A stretch of 26,798 nucleotides of DNA from Nitrosomonas europaea (GTDB lineage Bacteria; Pseudomonadota; Gammaproteobacteria; Burkholderiales; Nitrosomonadaceae), in NCBI RefSeq assembly GCF_900167395.1, contig NZ_FUWK01000036.1, forward strand, positions 1 through 26,798, read 5' to 3'. The translations under genes and the position numbers were made by a program. The notes below the pieces were generated by a model. The model was not told the DNA's origin and did not search any database. It was given only the letters and a program-made list of their open reading frames with translations. Every line of letters starts with the position of its first letter. Within the stretch, counting starts at the first letter, position 1. Below are positions 17,103 through 26,498 of the stretch, piece by piece.

Positions 17103-17825
17103 TTACTTGTCCCGCAAATGGGTGCGTAAACGGGAAATGGCCTGAGTATGCAACTGGCAGACACGTGATTCACTGACTCCCAGCACTTTACCGATTTCGC
17201 GCAGATTCATTTCCTGCTCGTAATACATCCCCATGACCAGTTTTTCCTTGGCAGGCAGTTTCTCGATTGCGGCCACCAGCAGTTCCCGCAGATTCTTCTC
17301 CAGCAGCCGATCCAGCGGCTCGTTACTCTGGTCGCCGCGTAGACGATCGAGAAAATGATCTTCTTCGTCTTCCTGAAAATCCTCGTAATAGATCAGTTGT
17401 CCGCCACCCGCTTCCTGCAGCATCTCCTGGTATTCGACCAGTGGCAGATTCATTTCATTGGCGATTTCCTGTTCACTGGGCGGGTAACCAAGGCGCTGTT
17501 CCAGTGCACGCATGGCGGTTTCTATCTGGCGCATTTTTCTGCGCAGGCTGCGCGGTAGCCAGTCTGCTTCTCTCAATTCATCCAGAATCGAGCCACGAAT
17601 ACGCTGGGCAGCGTAGCTCTCAAACTGACGGCCATAAGAACCTTCATAACGGTTGATGGCATCCAGCAGGCCGATCATCCCCGCTTGGATCAGATCATCG
17701 ACCTGAACGCTGGCCGGCAGTCTGGCCATCATGTGATGGGCAATCCGTTTGACCAATGGTGTAAATTCCGTAATGAACTGGTCTTTGTCAACGATTCCTG
17801 TGTCGGTATACATAGGCTCTCTCAC
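17103..17825 (-). CDS. fliA: Flagellar RNA polymerase sigma factor sigma-28
   Basis: Region 2 (..VDDLIQAGMIGLLDAINRYE..FESYAAQRIRGSILDELR..DW.PRS), region 3, and the region 4 HTH (..NLREIGKVLGVSESRVCQLHTQAISRLR..). It lies directly downstream of flhF-flhG. The GTG start at 17825 overlaps the flhG stop (GTGA). An alternative ATG is at 17813. Confidence 0.9.
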   Translation of the reverse strand: MREPMYTDTGIVDKDQFITEFTPLVKRIAHHMMARLPASVQVDDLIQAGMIGLLDAINRYEGSYGRQFESYAAQRIRGSILDELREADWLPRSLRRKMRQIETAMRALEQRLGYPPSEQEIANEMNLPLVEYQEMLQEAGGGQLIYYEDFQEDEEDHFLDRLRGDQSNEPLDRLLEKNLRELLVAAIEKLPAKEKLVMGMYYEQEMNLREIGKVLGVSESRVCQLHTQAISRLRTHLRDK

Positions 17826-18715
17826 ACCGTAAAATCTGCTATATCAAGATGACTGGTACGAATCAGTCTGCGCATGAAATTCTCCACCCCGTCGTTATCT
17901 GTCCAGGGCCCGGCACACCGCATCAGCTTTTCAGCCAGCTGCCGGTAACCTGCGGCCGATGCGGATGTCGGGAAAATTTCCACTACCGGCTGGCAAAGTC
18001 GGGTCGAGCGTTGCAGTTTTTCATCGAACAGAATGCATCCCATCCACTCCAGCTTGACTGCCAGGTGCTTTTGAGCAACACCGGCAATGTTCTCGAAAAT
18101 ATCGCGCCCCATGCTTTCTGATTCCACTTTGTTGACCAGCACCAGAAAATCCCGTCGGGCATATTCCTGACTGATGAGCTTGATCAGGGCGTACGCATCT
18201 GTGATGGCCTTGCCGGAAGCGGAGAGCACGATCAGTACCTGCTGGGAAGCCAGGCTCAGCGGAACGACCCGGCTGGTTCGCCCGATCGCGGTATCGATCA
18301 GCACGACATCCACCGTCTGGGACAGTTCGCTGAAGCATTGAATAAGCCGTTCCTGATCAGCAGACGAAAGTTTCGCCAGCGAATGGATTCCGCGCATCGC
18401 CGTCAATACCAGCACATCTTCCGGCCCTTGTGTCATCACCTGTTCAAGTGTTTTATCCTGATTGATGACGTGCAGCAGATCGTAACGCGCGCTGAGGCCG
18501 AGATTGGCATTGACATCCTTGTGGCGCGGGTTTTCATCCAGAATCAGCACGCGTTTACCCGTTTTTGCCAGTGCGACAGCCAGATTGATGACCGAACTGG
18601 TTTTGCCTACCCCCGTTCGTCCACCGACCACGGCAAACACACGTACCCCGGCATTGGGTTCCAGCGCGGTCAGCTCGCGCAGGCCGGCTGCCTGATCTTT
18701 TTTATGACTGATCAT
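17822..18715 (-). CDS. flhG: MinD/ParA-type ATPase regulating flagellar number and placement
   Basis: Deviant Walker A GGRTGVGKTS, then ..ILDEN.. and the following MinD-like motifs. Located between flhF and fliA. I chose ATG at 18715 (MISHKKDQAAGLRELT..) rather than 18787. It overlaps the flhF end by 14 nt. Confidence 0.85.
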   Translation of the reverse strand: MISHKKDQAAGLRELTALEPNAGVRVFAVVGGRTGVGKTSSVINLAVALAKTGKRVLILDENPRHKDVNANLGLSARYDLLHVINQDKTLEQVMTQGPEDVLVLTAMRGIHSLAKLSSADQERLIQCFSELSQTVDVVLIDTAIGRTSRVVPLSLASQQVLIVLSASGKAITDAYALIKLISQEYARRDFLVLVNKVESESMGRDIFENIAGVAQKHLAVKLEWMGCILFDEKLQRSTRLCQPVVEIFPTSASAAGYRQLAEKLMRCAGPWTDNDGVENFMRRLIRTSHLDIADFTV

Positions 18716-19961
18716 GGCTTGCCTCGACGCGTGTTTGCTGTCTGGTAACTGACTGATCGGCGTAATTGCCCGCCATGAGCATTGCAAATTCCGGATCCTG
18801 CAGCGAAAAAGGTGAGTTTTCCGCCGAGGGTTTGAAAATACGATGCAACAGGTAACGGGAATTGGCTTCGTGCAGATCTTCCGGAACCTTCTGGCCGTTG
18901 GTCACGTAATGCAGCACCAGTTTGCGCCGGATCACCGCATCCAGCGCAATGCCCAGACTGGCTGCTTCATCCACCTTGGTAATGATGCAGCCATGAATAC
19001 CGTGTTGCTGGTAGGCGGAAATGACTTCATCCAGCGTATCTCCGCTGCTGGTCGCGTTGAGCAGCAGCAGGTGTTTTACTTCTGTTCCGCATTGGCTCAG
19101 CATGGTGATCTGTTCGGCGAGCATCTGATCTCGCTGGCTCATCCCGACGGTATCGATCAGTACCATGTGTTTGCCGCGCAATTCGTGCAGCATCAACTGC
19201 AGGTCGTCGATATCCTTGATGCTGCGTACCGATATGCCCAGCAGCTTGCCGTAAATGCGTAGCTGTTCATGCCCCCCGATACGGTAACTGTCGGTGGTCA
19301 GCAGTGCCACCTTGTCGGCACCGTGGCGGATGACGGCACGTGCAGCCAGTTTTGCCGTCGTCGTGGTTTTACCGACGCCGGTTGGACCGATCAGTGCATA
19401 AATCCCGCCTTGTTCGATGATTTCGTCACCGGCTGTGGTACGTAAATTGAGTGTGAGCAAGGCAATGGTTTTTTTCAGGCTTTGTTCAAAGTCGCGATCA
19501 GCCGGCAGTTTCTCCAGCAAATGGCGCGACAGTAACGGACTGAAACCCGCACTCAGCAACGTGCGCAGCACCTTCATCCCACCGGGATCGCGTTGCGAAA
19601 AATTGCTCCATCCCATGGTGATCAATTGTTCTTCCAGCAACTGCCGCATGGCATGGATTTCCTGGAGGATATTCGCGCTCTGAATATCTGCCACTGCGGG
19701 TTGCTTCTGAACAGGCGGTGCCTGCTTTTTTTCGGAAGCAGGCTTTTGCCGGGGTGCAGCAGTCGTTTTGACAGCCGGTGAAGTTGCTTCGGGTGGTGTG
19801 TCGCTGGTGAGGCTGGAAATATCCTTGCCCGCCAGCGCCATGATTTCGATCCCGCCCGGTACCTGCTTGTTCGACAGAATGACCGCATCCGGGCCCAATT
19901 CGTCCTTGACCTTGCGTAACACCTCATGGGAGGTGGCAGCCAAAAATTTTCTTACTTTCAT
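18702..19961 (-). CDS. flhF: Flagellar biosynthesis SRP-type GTPase
   Basis: N-terminal B domain (MKVRKFLAATSHEVLRKVKDELGPDAVILSN..). G1 GPTGVGKTTT, G3 DTVG, G4 TKVDE. Confidence 0.9.
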   Translation of the reverse strand: MKVRKFLAATSHEVLRKVKDELGPDAVILSNKQVPGGIEIMALAGKDISSLTSDTPPEATSPAVKTTAAPRQKPASEKKQAPPVQKQPAVADIQSANILQEIHAMRQLLEEQLITMGWSNFSQRDPGGMKVLRTLLSAGFSPLLSRHLLEKLPADRDFEQSLKKTIALLTLNLRTTAGDEIIEQGGIYALIGPTGVGKTTTTAKLAARAVIRHGADKVALLTTDSYRIGGHEQLRIYGKLLGISVRSIKDIDDLQLMLHELRGKHMVLIDTVGMSQRDQMLAEQITMLSQCGTEVKHLLLLNATSSGDTLDEVISAYQQHGIHGCIITKVDEAASLGIALDAVIRRKLVLHYVTNGQKVPEDLHEANSRYLLHRIFKPSAENSPFSLQDPEFAMLMAGNYADQSVTRQQTRVEASHDQS

Positions 19962-22042
19962 TTTTTGTTACCCCCAATGATCGATATGAATTTGATTTTT
20001 CTGGTATCCGGTATTTCGGAATGGGCCAGAACCCGTAACTGAGGCAATGATCGGCGCAGGAAGCGGGACAACAGCAGGCGAATTGGATCCGGTACCACCA
20101 GCACGACCGGTAATCCGATCTGTTCCAGTCGCTTGACTGCATTGCTGGCTTCACGTGTCAGCGTATCGGCCAGGCCGGGCTCGATCCCGCCATCTGCCAC
20201 AGGATCGGATTGCACCACCTGCAGCAGAATGGTTTCCAGTTCGGGATGCAGGCTCATGACCTGCATTTCTGCGTCAGACGGGAAACACTGCTCTACGATG
20301 GCACGCCCCAGTGCGATTCGAACCAGGGCGAGCAGCTCACTGATATCCTGGGTACGCCCCGCATGTTCGGTCAGGGTGTCGATGATGGTGCGCATGTCAC
20401 GGATATTCACCCCCTCTTCCAGCAGGTGCTGCAGGATCTTCTGCACGGTGGCCAGCGGCAGCAGCTTGGGAATCAGATCTTCCGCCAGTTTGGGCGAACG
20501 CTGACCCAGATGATCGAGCAGCTTCTGCAATTCTTCCCGCCCGAGCAGTTCAGAAGCATGCATGCGTATCAGGTGATTCAGGTGAGTGGTGACGACCGTG
20601 CTGGCATCGACTACGGTATAGCCGCTGGTTTGGGCCAGTTCTCGCTGTTCTGTCTCGATCCAGACTGCGGGCAGTCCGAATGCCGGATCTTCGGTATTGT
20701 TGCCTGGCAATGCCATGGTGACCTGGCCGGGATTGATTGCCAGATGCATGCCGTTATAGGATTCTCCCTGGCCGATGACCGAGCCTTTCATGGTGATGCG
20801 GTAGCCATTGGGGCGCAGTTCCAGGTTATCCCGGATATGGACCACCGGTGGAAGAAAGCCGATTTCCTGGGCAAATTTCTTGCGTATGCCGTTGATGCGC
20901 TTGAGCAAATCACCCTGACGCTGTTTGTCGACCAACGGAATCAGACGATAACCGACTTCCAGTCCAAGTGTATCGACCTGAACCACATCCTCCCAACTGG
21001 CATCCTGCCCTTCGCTGGAAACAACCTCGGGTTCTTCCGATTTTTCAGCAGGCGAAGCGGGACGATGGGTGACGTAATAGGCAAGCGTGCCGATCATTCC
21101 GGCCAGCAGCAGAAAAACGAAGTGCGGCATGCCCGGAACCAGTCCCAGTGAGCCGAGGATACCCGCCGTCAGCCACAGCACTTGTGGCTTGCTGAGTAAC
21201 TGACTCACGAATTGCTGGCTGAGATCTTCATCGGTGCTGACCCGGCTGACCACCAGACCGGCTGCTGTGGAAATGATCAGCGCAGGAATCTGGGCCACCA
21301 GTCCGTCACCAATGGTCAACAGCGTGTAGTTTTTTGCGGCATCGCCAAAACTCAGATCATGTTGCAGCACACCCACGGCCAGCCCGCCGATAATGGTAAT
21401 CAGCATGATCAGAATGCCTGCGATCGCATCGCCGCGCACGAACTTGCTGGCGCCATCCATCGAACCGTAGAAATCGGCTTCCTGCGCAACCTGCTCACGC
21501 CGCTTGCGTGCTTCGTCTTCCCGGATCAGGCCGGCATTGAGATCAGCATCGATCGCCATCTGTTTTCCCGGGATGGCATCCAGTGTGAAACGGGCGCTGA
21601 CTTCAGCGATACGTCCGGCACCCTTGGTGATGACGACGAAATTGATCACCACCAGAATGATGAATACCACCAGACCCACCGTATAGTTACCGCCCACCAG
21701 AAAATGACCGAATGCCTCGATGACTTTACCGGCAGCATCCGGGCCGGTATGGCCATGCATCAGTACTACCCGGGTCGACGCTACGTTCAGCGAAAGCCGC
21801 AACAGGGTCGTGATCAGCAAAACAGTAGGAAAGACAGCAAATTCGAGTGCATTGCGCGAATAGAGGCTCACCAGCAGTACGATCACCGCCAGTGCGATAT
21901 TGAAAGTAAACAGCACATCCAGCACGAAGGGCGGCAGTGGCAGAACCATCATCGCCAGGATCATGATGATCAGCATCGGCCCTGCAAGACTCTGCAGTTG
22001 ACCACCCCGCACCAGGGTAGATAAAGACAGAATATTATTCAT
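19958..22042 (-). CDS. flhA: Flagellar type III export apparatus protein
   Basis: 694 aa, FHIPEP family. Conserved ..FPTVLLITTLLRLSLNVASTRVVL.., ..GAGRIAEVSARFTLDAIPGKQMAIDADLNAGLI.., and a cytoplasmic C-domain. Confidence 0.95.
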   Translation of the reverse strand: MNNILSLSTLVRGGQLQSLAGPMLIIMILAMMVLPLPPFVLDVLFTFNIALAVIVLLVSLYSRNALEFAVFPTVLLITTLLRLSLNVASTRVVLMHGHTGPDAAGKVIEAFGHFLVGGNYTVGLVVFIILVVINFVVITKGAGRIAEVSARFTLDAIPGKQMAIDADLNAGLIREDEARKRREQVAQEADFYGSMDGASKFVRGDAIAGILIMLITIIGGLAVGVLQHDLSFGDAAKNYTLLTIGDGLVAQIPALIISTAAGLVVSRVSTDEDLSQQFVSQLLSKPQVLWLTAGILGSLGLVPGMPHFVFLLLAGMIGTLAYYVTHRPASPAEKSEEPEVVSSEGQDASWEDVVQVDTLGLEVGYRLIPLVDKQRQGDLLKRINGIRKKFAQEIGFLPPVVHIRDNLELRPNGYRITMKGSVIGQGESYNGMHLAINPGQVTMALPGNNTEDPAFGLPAVWIETEQRELAQTSGYTVVDASTVVTTHLNHLIRMHASELLGREELQKLLDHLGQRSPKLAEDLIPKLLPLATVQKILQHLLEEGVNIRDMRTIIDTLTEHAGRTQDISELLALVRIALGRAIVEQCFPSDAEMQVMSLHPELETILLQVVQSDPVADGGIEPGLADTLTREASNAVKRLEQIGLPVVLVVPDPIRLLLSRFLRRSLPQLRVLAHSEIPDTRKIKFISIIGGNKK

Positions 22043-22089
22043 TCAGCATCCAGATTCTGATAACTGTGTATGGGTCAGATAAATGCCTT

Positions 22090-23220
22090 TCAGGCATGGT
22101 CCATTTCTTCCGGTACCGCTATTTCCGATGACAGCTGCGGAGCAATACCACCCGTCGTCTGATACCGTTTCAACTGAAAAATATAGGCCAGCACATGGGC
22201 CACTGCGGTATAGAGCGTTTCAGGAATCTCGGTATCCAGTTCCACATGGTGATACAGTGCCCGCGCCAGCGGCGGCACTTCGAGCACCGGAATATGGTGT
22301 TCATCTGCCAGCTCACGGATGCGGGCCGCGATCAGTTGTGTTCCTTTTGCCACTACTTTCGGCGCACGCATCGAGCGATCCTGATATTTCAAAGCGACGG
22401 CATAGTGTGTCGGGTTGGTGACCACGACATCCGCTTTGGGGACTTCCGCCATCATGCGGCGGCGTGCTATTTGACGCTGCATATTGCGGATGCGCCCCTT
22501 GACTTGCGGATCACCCTCATCTTCCTTGGCTTCCTTGCGCAGATCTTCCCGGGACATGCGCAACTGGCGTGCGTGATTCCAGATCTGGAAAGGCACATCG
22601 ATGACGACGATCAGCAACATGGCACCGACGATCAGCATAAAAGTCAGGCCGATCAATCTGCTCATGCTGATCAGGCTGGTATCCAACGGCATGCCAACCA
22701 GATCGAGTACATCCTGCTTGTGACTCCAGATAATCCCGGCAGCAACACCACCAATGACCATCACCTTGGCAATGGCCTTGACTAGCTCGATCAATCCGCG
22801 CGATGAAAATATTCTTTTGAGTCCATTCACCGGATTGAGGCGTTTCAAATCCGGAAACAGTGCTTTGGAGCTGAAAAGCCACCCGCTGAGCAGCATGGGA
22901 GCCACCAGTGCTATGATCACCAGCCATCCCAGCAGAGGCGCAATGGCCAATAGTCCGTCGAGCGCCAGTTGAAACAGCCTGGGCAGCAACAACGCCGGAT
23001 TGAAGGCAACCTCCTGTTCCATTCGCAGGCCGCTTTCCAATACGGCAGATAACTTCTGAATGATAATCGAACCGATCACCCACAAGCTGCTGGAAGCCGC
23101 GATCAGCAGGGTAAATGTGGTCAATTCCTGCGAACGCGCTACCTGCCCTTCTTCTCTGGCTTTTTCCAGGCGTCTGGGCGACGCGGGTTCGGTACGTTCA
23201 AGATCGTTATCGTCTGCCAT
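22090..23220 (-). CDS. flhB: Flagellar type III export switch protein
   Basis: Starts MADDNDLERTEPASPRRLEKAREEGQVARSQEL.. Autocleavage motif NPTH (..VVTNPTHYAVAL..). I chose ATG at 23220, preceded by GAGAGGAA, rather than 23283. Confidence 0.9.
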   Translation of the reverse strand: MADDNDLERTEPASPRRLEKAREEGQVARSQELTTFTLLIAASSSLWVIGSIIIQKLSAVLESGLRMEQEVAFNPALLLPRLFQLALDGLLAIAPLLGWLVIIALVAPMLLSGWLFSSKALFPDLKRLNPVNGLKRIFSSRGLIELVKAIAKVMVIGGVAAGIIWSHKQDVLDLVGMPLDTSLISMSRLIGLTFMLIVGAMLLIVVIDVPFQIWNHARQLRMSREDLRKEAKEDEGDPQVKGRIRNMQRQIARRRMMAEVPKADVVVTNPTHYAVALKYQDRSMRAPKVVAKGTQLIAARIRELADEHHIPVLEVPPLARALYHHVELDTEIPETLYTAVAHVLAYIFQLKRYQTTGGIAPQLSSEIAVPEEMDHA

Positions 23221-23510
23221 GGCGGATTCCTCTCGATGAACCGGAATTATCCGCACTCCCCTGGAAAGTGATGTGGCAAACAAACGAAGATTTAGGTTGC
23301 TAATCGGATGATTCTGGAGGGAAATCCAAATAGAAAAAAGATAAAGATGTATTGATTGTTACGCCTGATCAGGCGAAAACAAGGATGGCAGGTAACCCTG
23401 TATTACCACAAACTACATCGGATCATTACGACTTGCCTGGCTGAAGAAATGCCATTTCTGTTATCTGGTCATCTATCAGACCAGTCTTGCAAGGCGGGTA
23501 CCTTACCCTA

Positions 23511-23529
23511 TAAAATAAGAATCGTTCTC
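23511..23529. promoter_or_regulatory. Putative Fur box in the ECF sigma promoter region
   Basis: TAAAATAAGAATCGTTCTC matches the 19-bp Fur consensus GATAATGATAATCATTATC at 13/19 positions by manual alignment. It overlaps a TATAAAAT -10-like element about 50 nt upstream of the fecI-like start. Confidence 0.45.
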
Positions 23530-23580
23530 ATTTTATTTTTGTGTCCGCATATGTGCCTGACCAATGACGAGGGGAGCGCT

Positions 23581-24090
23581 GTGCCGGCCACTGACCTTGC
23601 AGCACACCAAATCCATATTCTGTATACCGACCATCACGGCTGGCTGTATAACTGGTTGCGCCACAAACTGGGCAATGCCTGCGATGCTGCGGATATTGCG
23701 CAAGATACGTTCATGCGCATACTTACCCGGCAACAGCCTGTGCATCTGAATGAGCCGCGCGCTTATCTTTCTACCATTGCGCATGGTCTGGTTATCGATC
23801 ACTGGCGTCGGCGTGAGCTGGAACGGGCCTGGCTGGAAACGCTGGCGTCATTGCCGGAGCCTGAAGCGCCTGCACCCGAGACGCGGCTGATCTTTCTGGA
23901 GGCATTGATCGAGATCGACAGGTTGCTCGATTCGCTCAAACCCCGGGTACGTACCACCTTCCTGCTGGCCCAGCTCGATGGGCTGACCTGCCCGCAAATT
24001 GCCGAGCGCCTGGGGGTATCGCTATCTACAGTGGAACGCTACATCACCAAAGCGCTGCGCAGTTGCTACATGCTGCGTTTCGAACCATGA
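23581..24090 (+). CDS. ECF sigma factor, FecI-like (iron-starvation group)
   Basis: ..LYTDHHGWLYNWLRHKLGNACDAADIAQDTFMRIL.. (region 2) and ..LDGLTCPQIAERLGVSLSTVERYITKAL.. (region 4). I chose GTG at 23581, preceded by GAGGGGAG. An alternative ATG is at 23551. The ORF-track start at 23356 is implausibly long. The stop overlaps the fecR-like ATG (ATGA). Confidence 0.85.
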   Translation: MPATDLAAHQIHILYTDHHGWLYNWLRHKLGNACDAADIAQDTFMRILTRQQPVHLNEPRAYLSTIAHGLVIDHWRRRELERAWLETLASLPEPEAPAPETRLIFLEALIEIDRLLDSLKPRVRTTFLLAQLDGLTCPQIAERLGVSLSTVERYITKALRSCYMLRFEP

Positions 24091-25139
24091 CCAACGAGGT
24101 TTCTTCACAGGAAGGTACTGCGCAAGCAACGGAAGCATCGCATCACGGCGCTGATCGGTTCCCCGAATCTGTCGTTGATGCTGCCATCTCCTGGGCAGTC
24201 CGGCTCGACTACAACACGCCTACTGTTGCACAGCAACAGGCATTCGAATGCTGGTTGCAGGCCGATCCTTTACATGGCCTTGCCTGGCAGCGTGTGCATT
24301 CTCTGAAGGGATTCCAGTCTGATCTGGGCGAGCTGCCGCCCGGGCTGGCGTATGACACATTACAAACCGCACAACGTCATCGTGAACGTAGCGGCTTGAG
24401 CCGCCGCAACGTCATCAAGCTGTTGTCACTGGCGGGTTTTGCGCTGAGCACGGGTTGGATCGCACGTGAAAATACGCCGTGGCAGCGCCTGCTGGCCGAT
24501 GCCAGTACTGCTACCGGTGAGCAGAAAACACTGCAGCTGGATGATGGCAGCATCATCGTACTCAACACTGACAGTGCCGTCAGCACTGACCTGGCCGGGC
24601 CACATCGTCTCCTTATGCTGTGGCGTGGGGAAATTCTCATTACGACCGGGGCTGATACCGGTATTGCGATGAAACGTCCATTCTGGGTACATACGCCCTT
24701 CGGCCGGATACAGGCGTTGGGTACGCGTTTCGTGGTCCGCCTGGAAGCTGATCGCGCTCGCATCAGTGTGCAGGAAGGCGCTGTGGAACTGCATCCGGTG
24801 AATGGTGGGTTTCCTGTCATCGTGCAATCCGGCGAGAGTCGCTGGCTGGCTGAGGAAGGTACCTTACCGGCGGATCTGCAAGGCTTTGAAGCGGACAGCT
24901 GGCAAAAAGGTGTCATTGCCGGCAGGAACATCCGTCTGCAGGATTTGCTGAGCGAGCTGTCGCGTTACCGGCCCGGTTACATCACCTGCGATCCAGGAGT
25001 AGCCGATCTGCGTCTGTCCGGCCTTTTTCATGTGAAGGAAACCGACCGGACACTGCAATTCCTCACGCAGATCCAGCCGATAAGTATTACCTACCGTACC
25101 CGATTCTGGGTTTCAGTAGGGCTGCGAGATTTTCACTGA
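24087..25139 (+). CDS. FecR-like anti-sigma factor / transmembrane sensor
   Basis: N-terminal anti-sigma domain (..AISWAVRL..Q.AFE.WL.ADP.H..AW..). A single TM segment (..VIKLLSLAGFALSTGWI..). A periplasmic FecR domain (..LQLDDGSIIVLNTDSAV.., ..V.TPFG.IQALGTRFVV..). Translationally coupled to the sigma gene. Confidence 0.85.
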   Translation: MTNEVSSQEGTAQATEASHHGADRFPESVVDAAISWAVRLDYNTPTVAQQQAFECWLQADPLHGLAWQRVHSLKGFQSDLGELPPGLAYDTLQTAQRHRERSGLSRRNVIKLLSLAGFALSTGWIARENTPWQRLLADASTATGEQKTLQLDDGSIIVLNTDSAVSTDLAGPHRLLMLWRGEILITTGADTGIAMKRPFWVHTPFGRIQALGTRFVVRLEADRARISVQEGAVELHPVNGGFPVIVQSGESRWLAEEGTLPADLQGFEADSWQKGVIAGRNIRLQDLLSELSRYRPGYITCDPGVADLRLSGLFHVKETDRTLQFLTQIQPISITYRTRFWVSVGLRDFH

Positions 25140-25262
25140 CGGGAAAAACAGGGAAGAAAAAAAGGCTGCAAAAAAATTTTCAGAAAAATGAAGGGGTTTT
25201 GATCCTCGTTCGGCTTAACAGGTAGGAAGACCATTAATAACTTACCTTGTCGAGACTGAAAA

Positions 25263-26498
25263 ATGACCCTGAGCCGTTTACCTTTCCCCGGTGTGGAATA
25301 CCGGAACCGATTCATCCAACTGTTTTCCCGTTTGCAGCACAAGCTGCTGACTATTGCCCTGCAGGGCATCCTGTTGAGCTTGCTTGTCAGCATAACGGTA
25401 CCGCTGTTGCACGCTGCTGCGGTCGAGATGGCTGCGGCACCACCTGCTGCCGACGAAATCCACACCTTTAATGTGCCAGCCGGCCCGCTGGATGCAGCGC
25501 TGGATCATTTCGCGCATACCGCCGGCGTCAATCTTTATTATGATGCTGCGCTGCTCAGTGGACTGCAATCCAAAGGATTGTCTGGCAATTACAGCATTGC
25601 CTCAGCACTGAGTCGGTTGCTGGCCGGTAGTGGTATCAAAGCTGTTTCCCAGCCGGGTGGCGGCTATTCATTGCGCAAAGTACCTACTGCTGGGAATTCA
25701 TCCAGCGAGGCGGTGGTACTGCCGTTGATGACGGTGAGTGCTACGATTGCTTCGGCAGATGGCAGCGCCGATCAAGGCTATCGTAGCGAGAAGGTTTCCC
25801 AGGTCGGTCCCTGGCAAGGGCGGGTGCTGCAGAATCTTCCCTATGCTATTACTGTGATTCCAGAGGAATTGATCGATAATCTGCAGGCCATTACGCCCGA
25901 TCAGGTATTCCGTATCGCGCCAACAACACATCTGTCACGTGTACAGGCTGAAAATGATCAACCTAATGTATCTATGCGTGGCTTTCGCGTGAACTCTAGC
26001 TATCGTGATGGTGTGCCTGGTGCCCAGCTTAATCATGCTACGACCACTGAGGATACTGAACGTATCGAAATCCTCAACGGTCTTTCGGGTTTTCTCTACG
26101 GTTCCGGCAATGTTGGCGGGGTCATTAACTATGTGTCCAAGCAACCTACTTTCGAGCGATTGAACCGGATCACGATCGGCAACAATGGTGGCAAGAGTTA
26201 CTACGCGCACGGTGATTTTGGTGGTCCCATCGACAGCAAAGGGCGCTTCAGCTATCGCATTAATGCCATTGCTCAGGGGGGAGAAACAGCACTTGAGAAT
26301 CACAAAATCAGCAAGACTTTCGTTAGTGGTGTATTCGATTGGCGTGTATTCGACGGTGCATTGATCCAGTTGATGGCTGCCCACCGCAATTACGAGAATG
26401 AAGGGGCATTAACTGCCTGGACTTTGGCTACTGGCGTCACACGTCCTTCTGCCAGGGACATCGATAACAATATTTCCTGGGGACAGCAGTGGGCTAGT
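25263..26498 (+). pseudogene. FecA-type TonB-dependent transducer (signalling STN domain, plug, first barrel strands), truncated by IS insertion
   Basis: The N-terminal extension has an STN-type signalling domain (..FNVPAGPLDAALDHFAHTAGVNLYYDAALLSGLQSKGLSGNYSIASALSRLLAGSGIK..). The plug reads ..ITVIPEELIDN..RGF..SSYRDG..ERIEILNGLSGFLYGSG... Receptor-like sequence stops after ..ISWGQQWAS. The remaining ORF text (CLVPHCDGVLYD..) is read-through into IS DNA. Confidence 0.8.

Noticed and set aside
20210-22024. 313-aa and 270-aa plus-strand ORFs opposite flhA
   Set aside because: They are antisense to an unambiguous FHIPEP-family gene. Composition is skewed (Q/H/D/G-rich) with no recognisable domain. 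These are shadow ORFs.
23221-23355. Sigma-28 (TAAA-N15-GCCGATAA) or sigma-54 (TGGCAC-N5-TTGC) promoter upstream of flhB
   Set aside because: The closest minus-strand match is TAAAT-N13-GCCACATC, which has the wrong spacing and a poor -10. No GG-N10-GC element is convincing.
23356-23580. Long N-terminal extension of the ECF sigma ORF
   Set aside because: It would run through the AT-rich promoter and Fur-box region. FecI-like sigmas are about 170 aa, and a strong GAGGGGAG Shine-Dalgarno sequence precedes the GTG at 23581.
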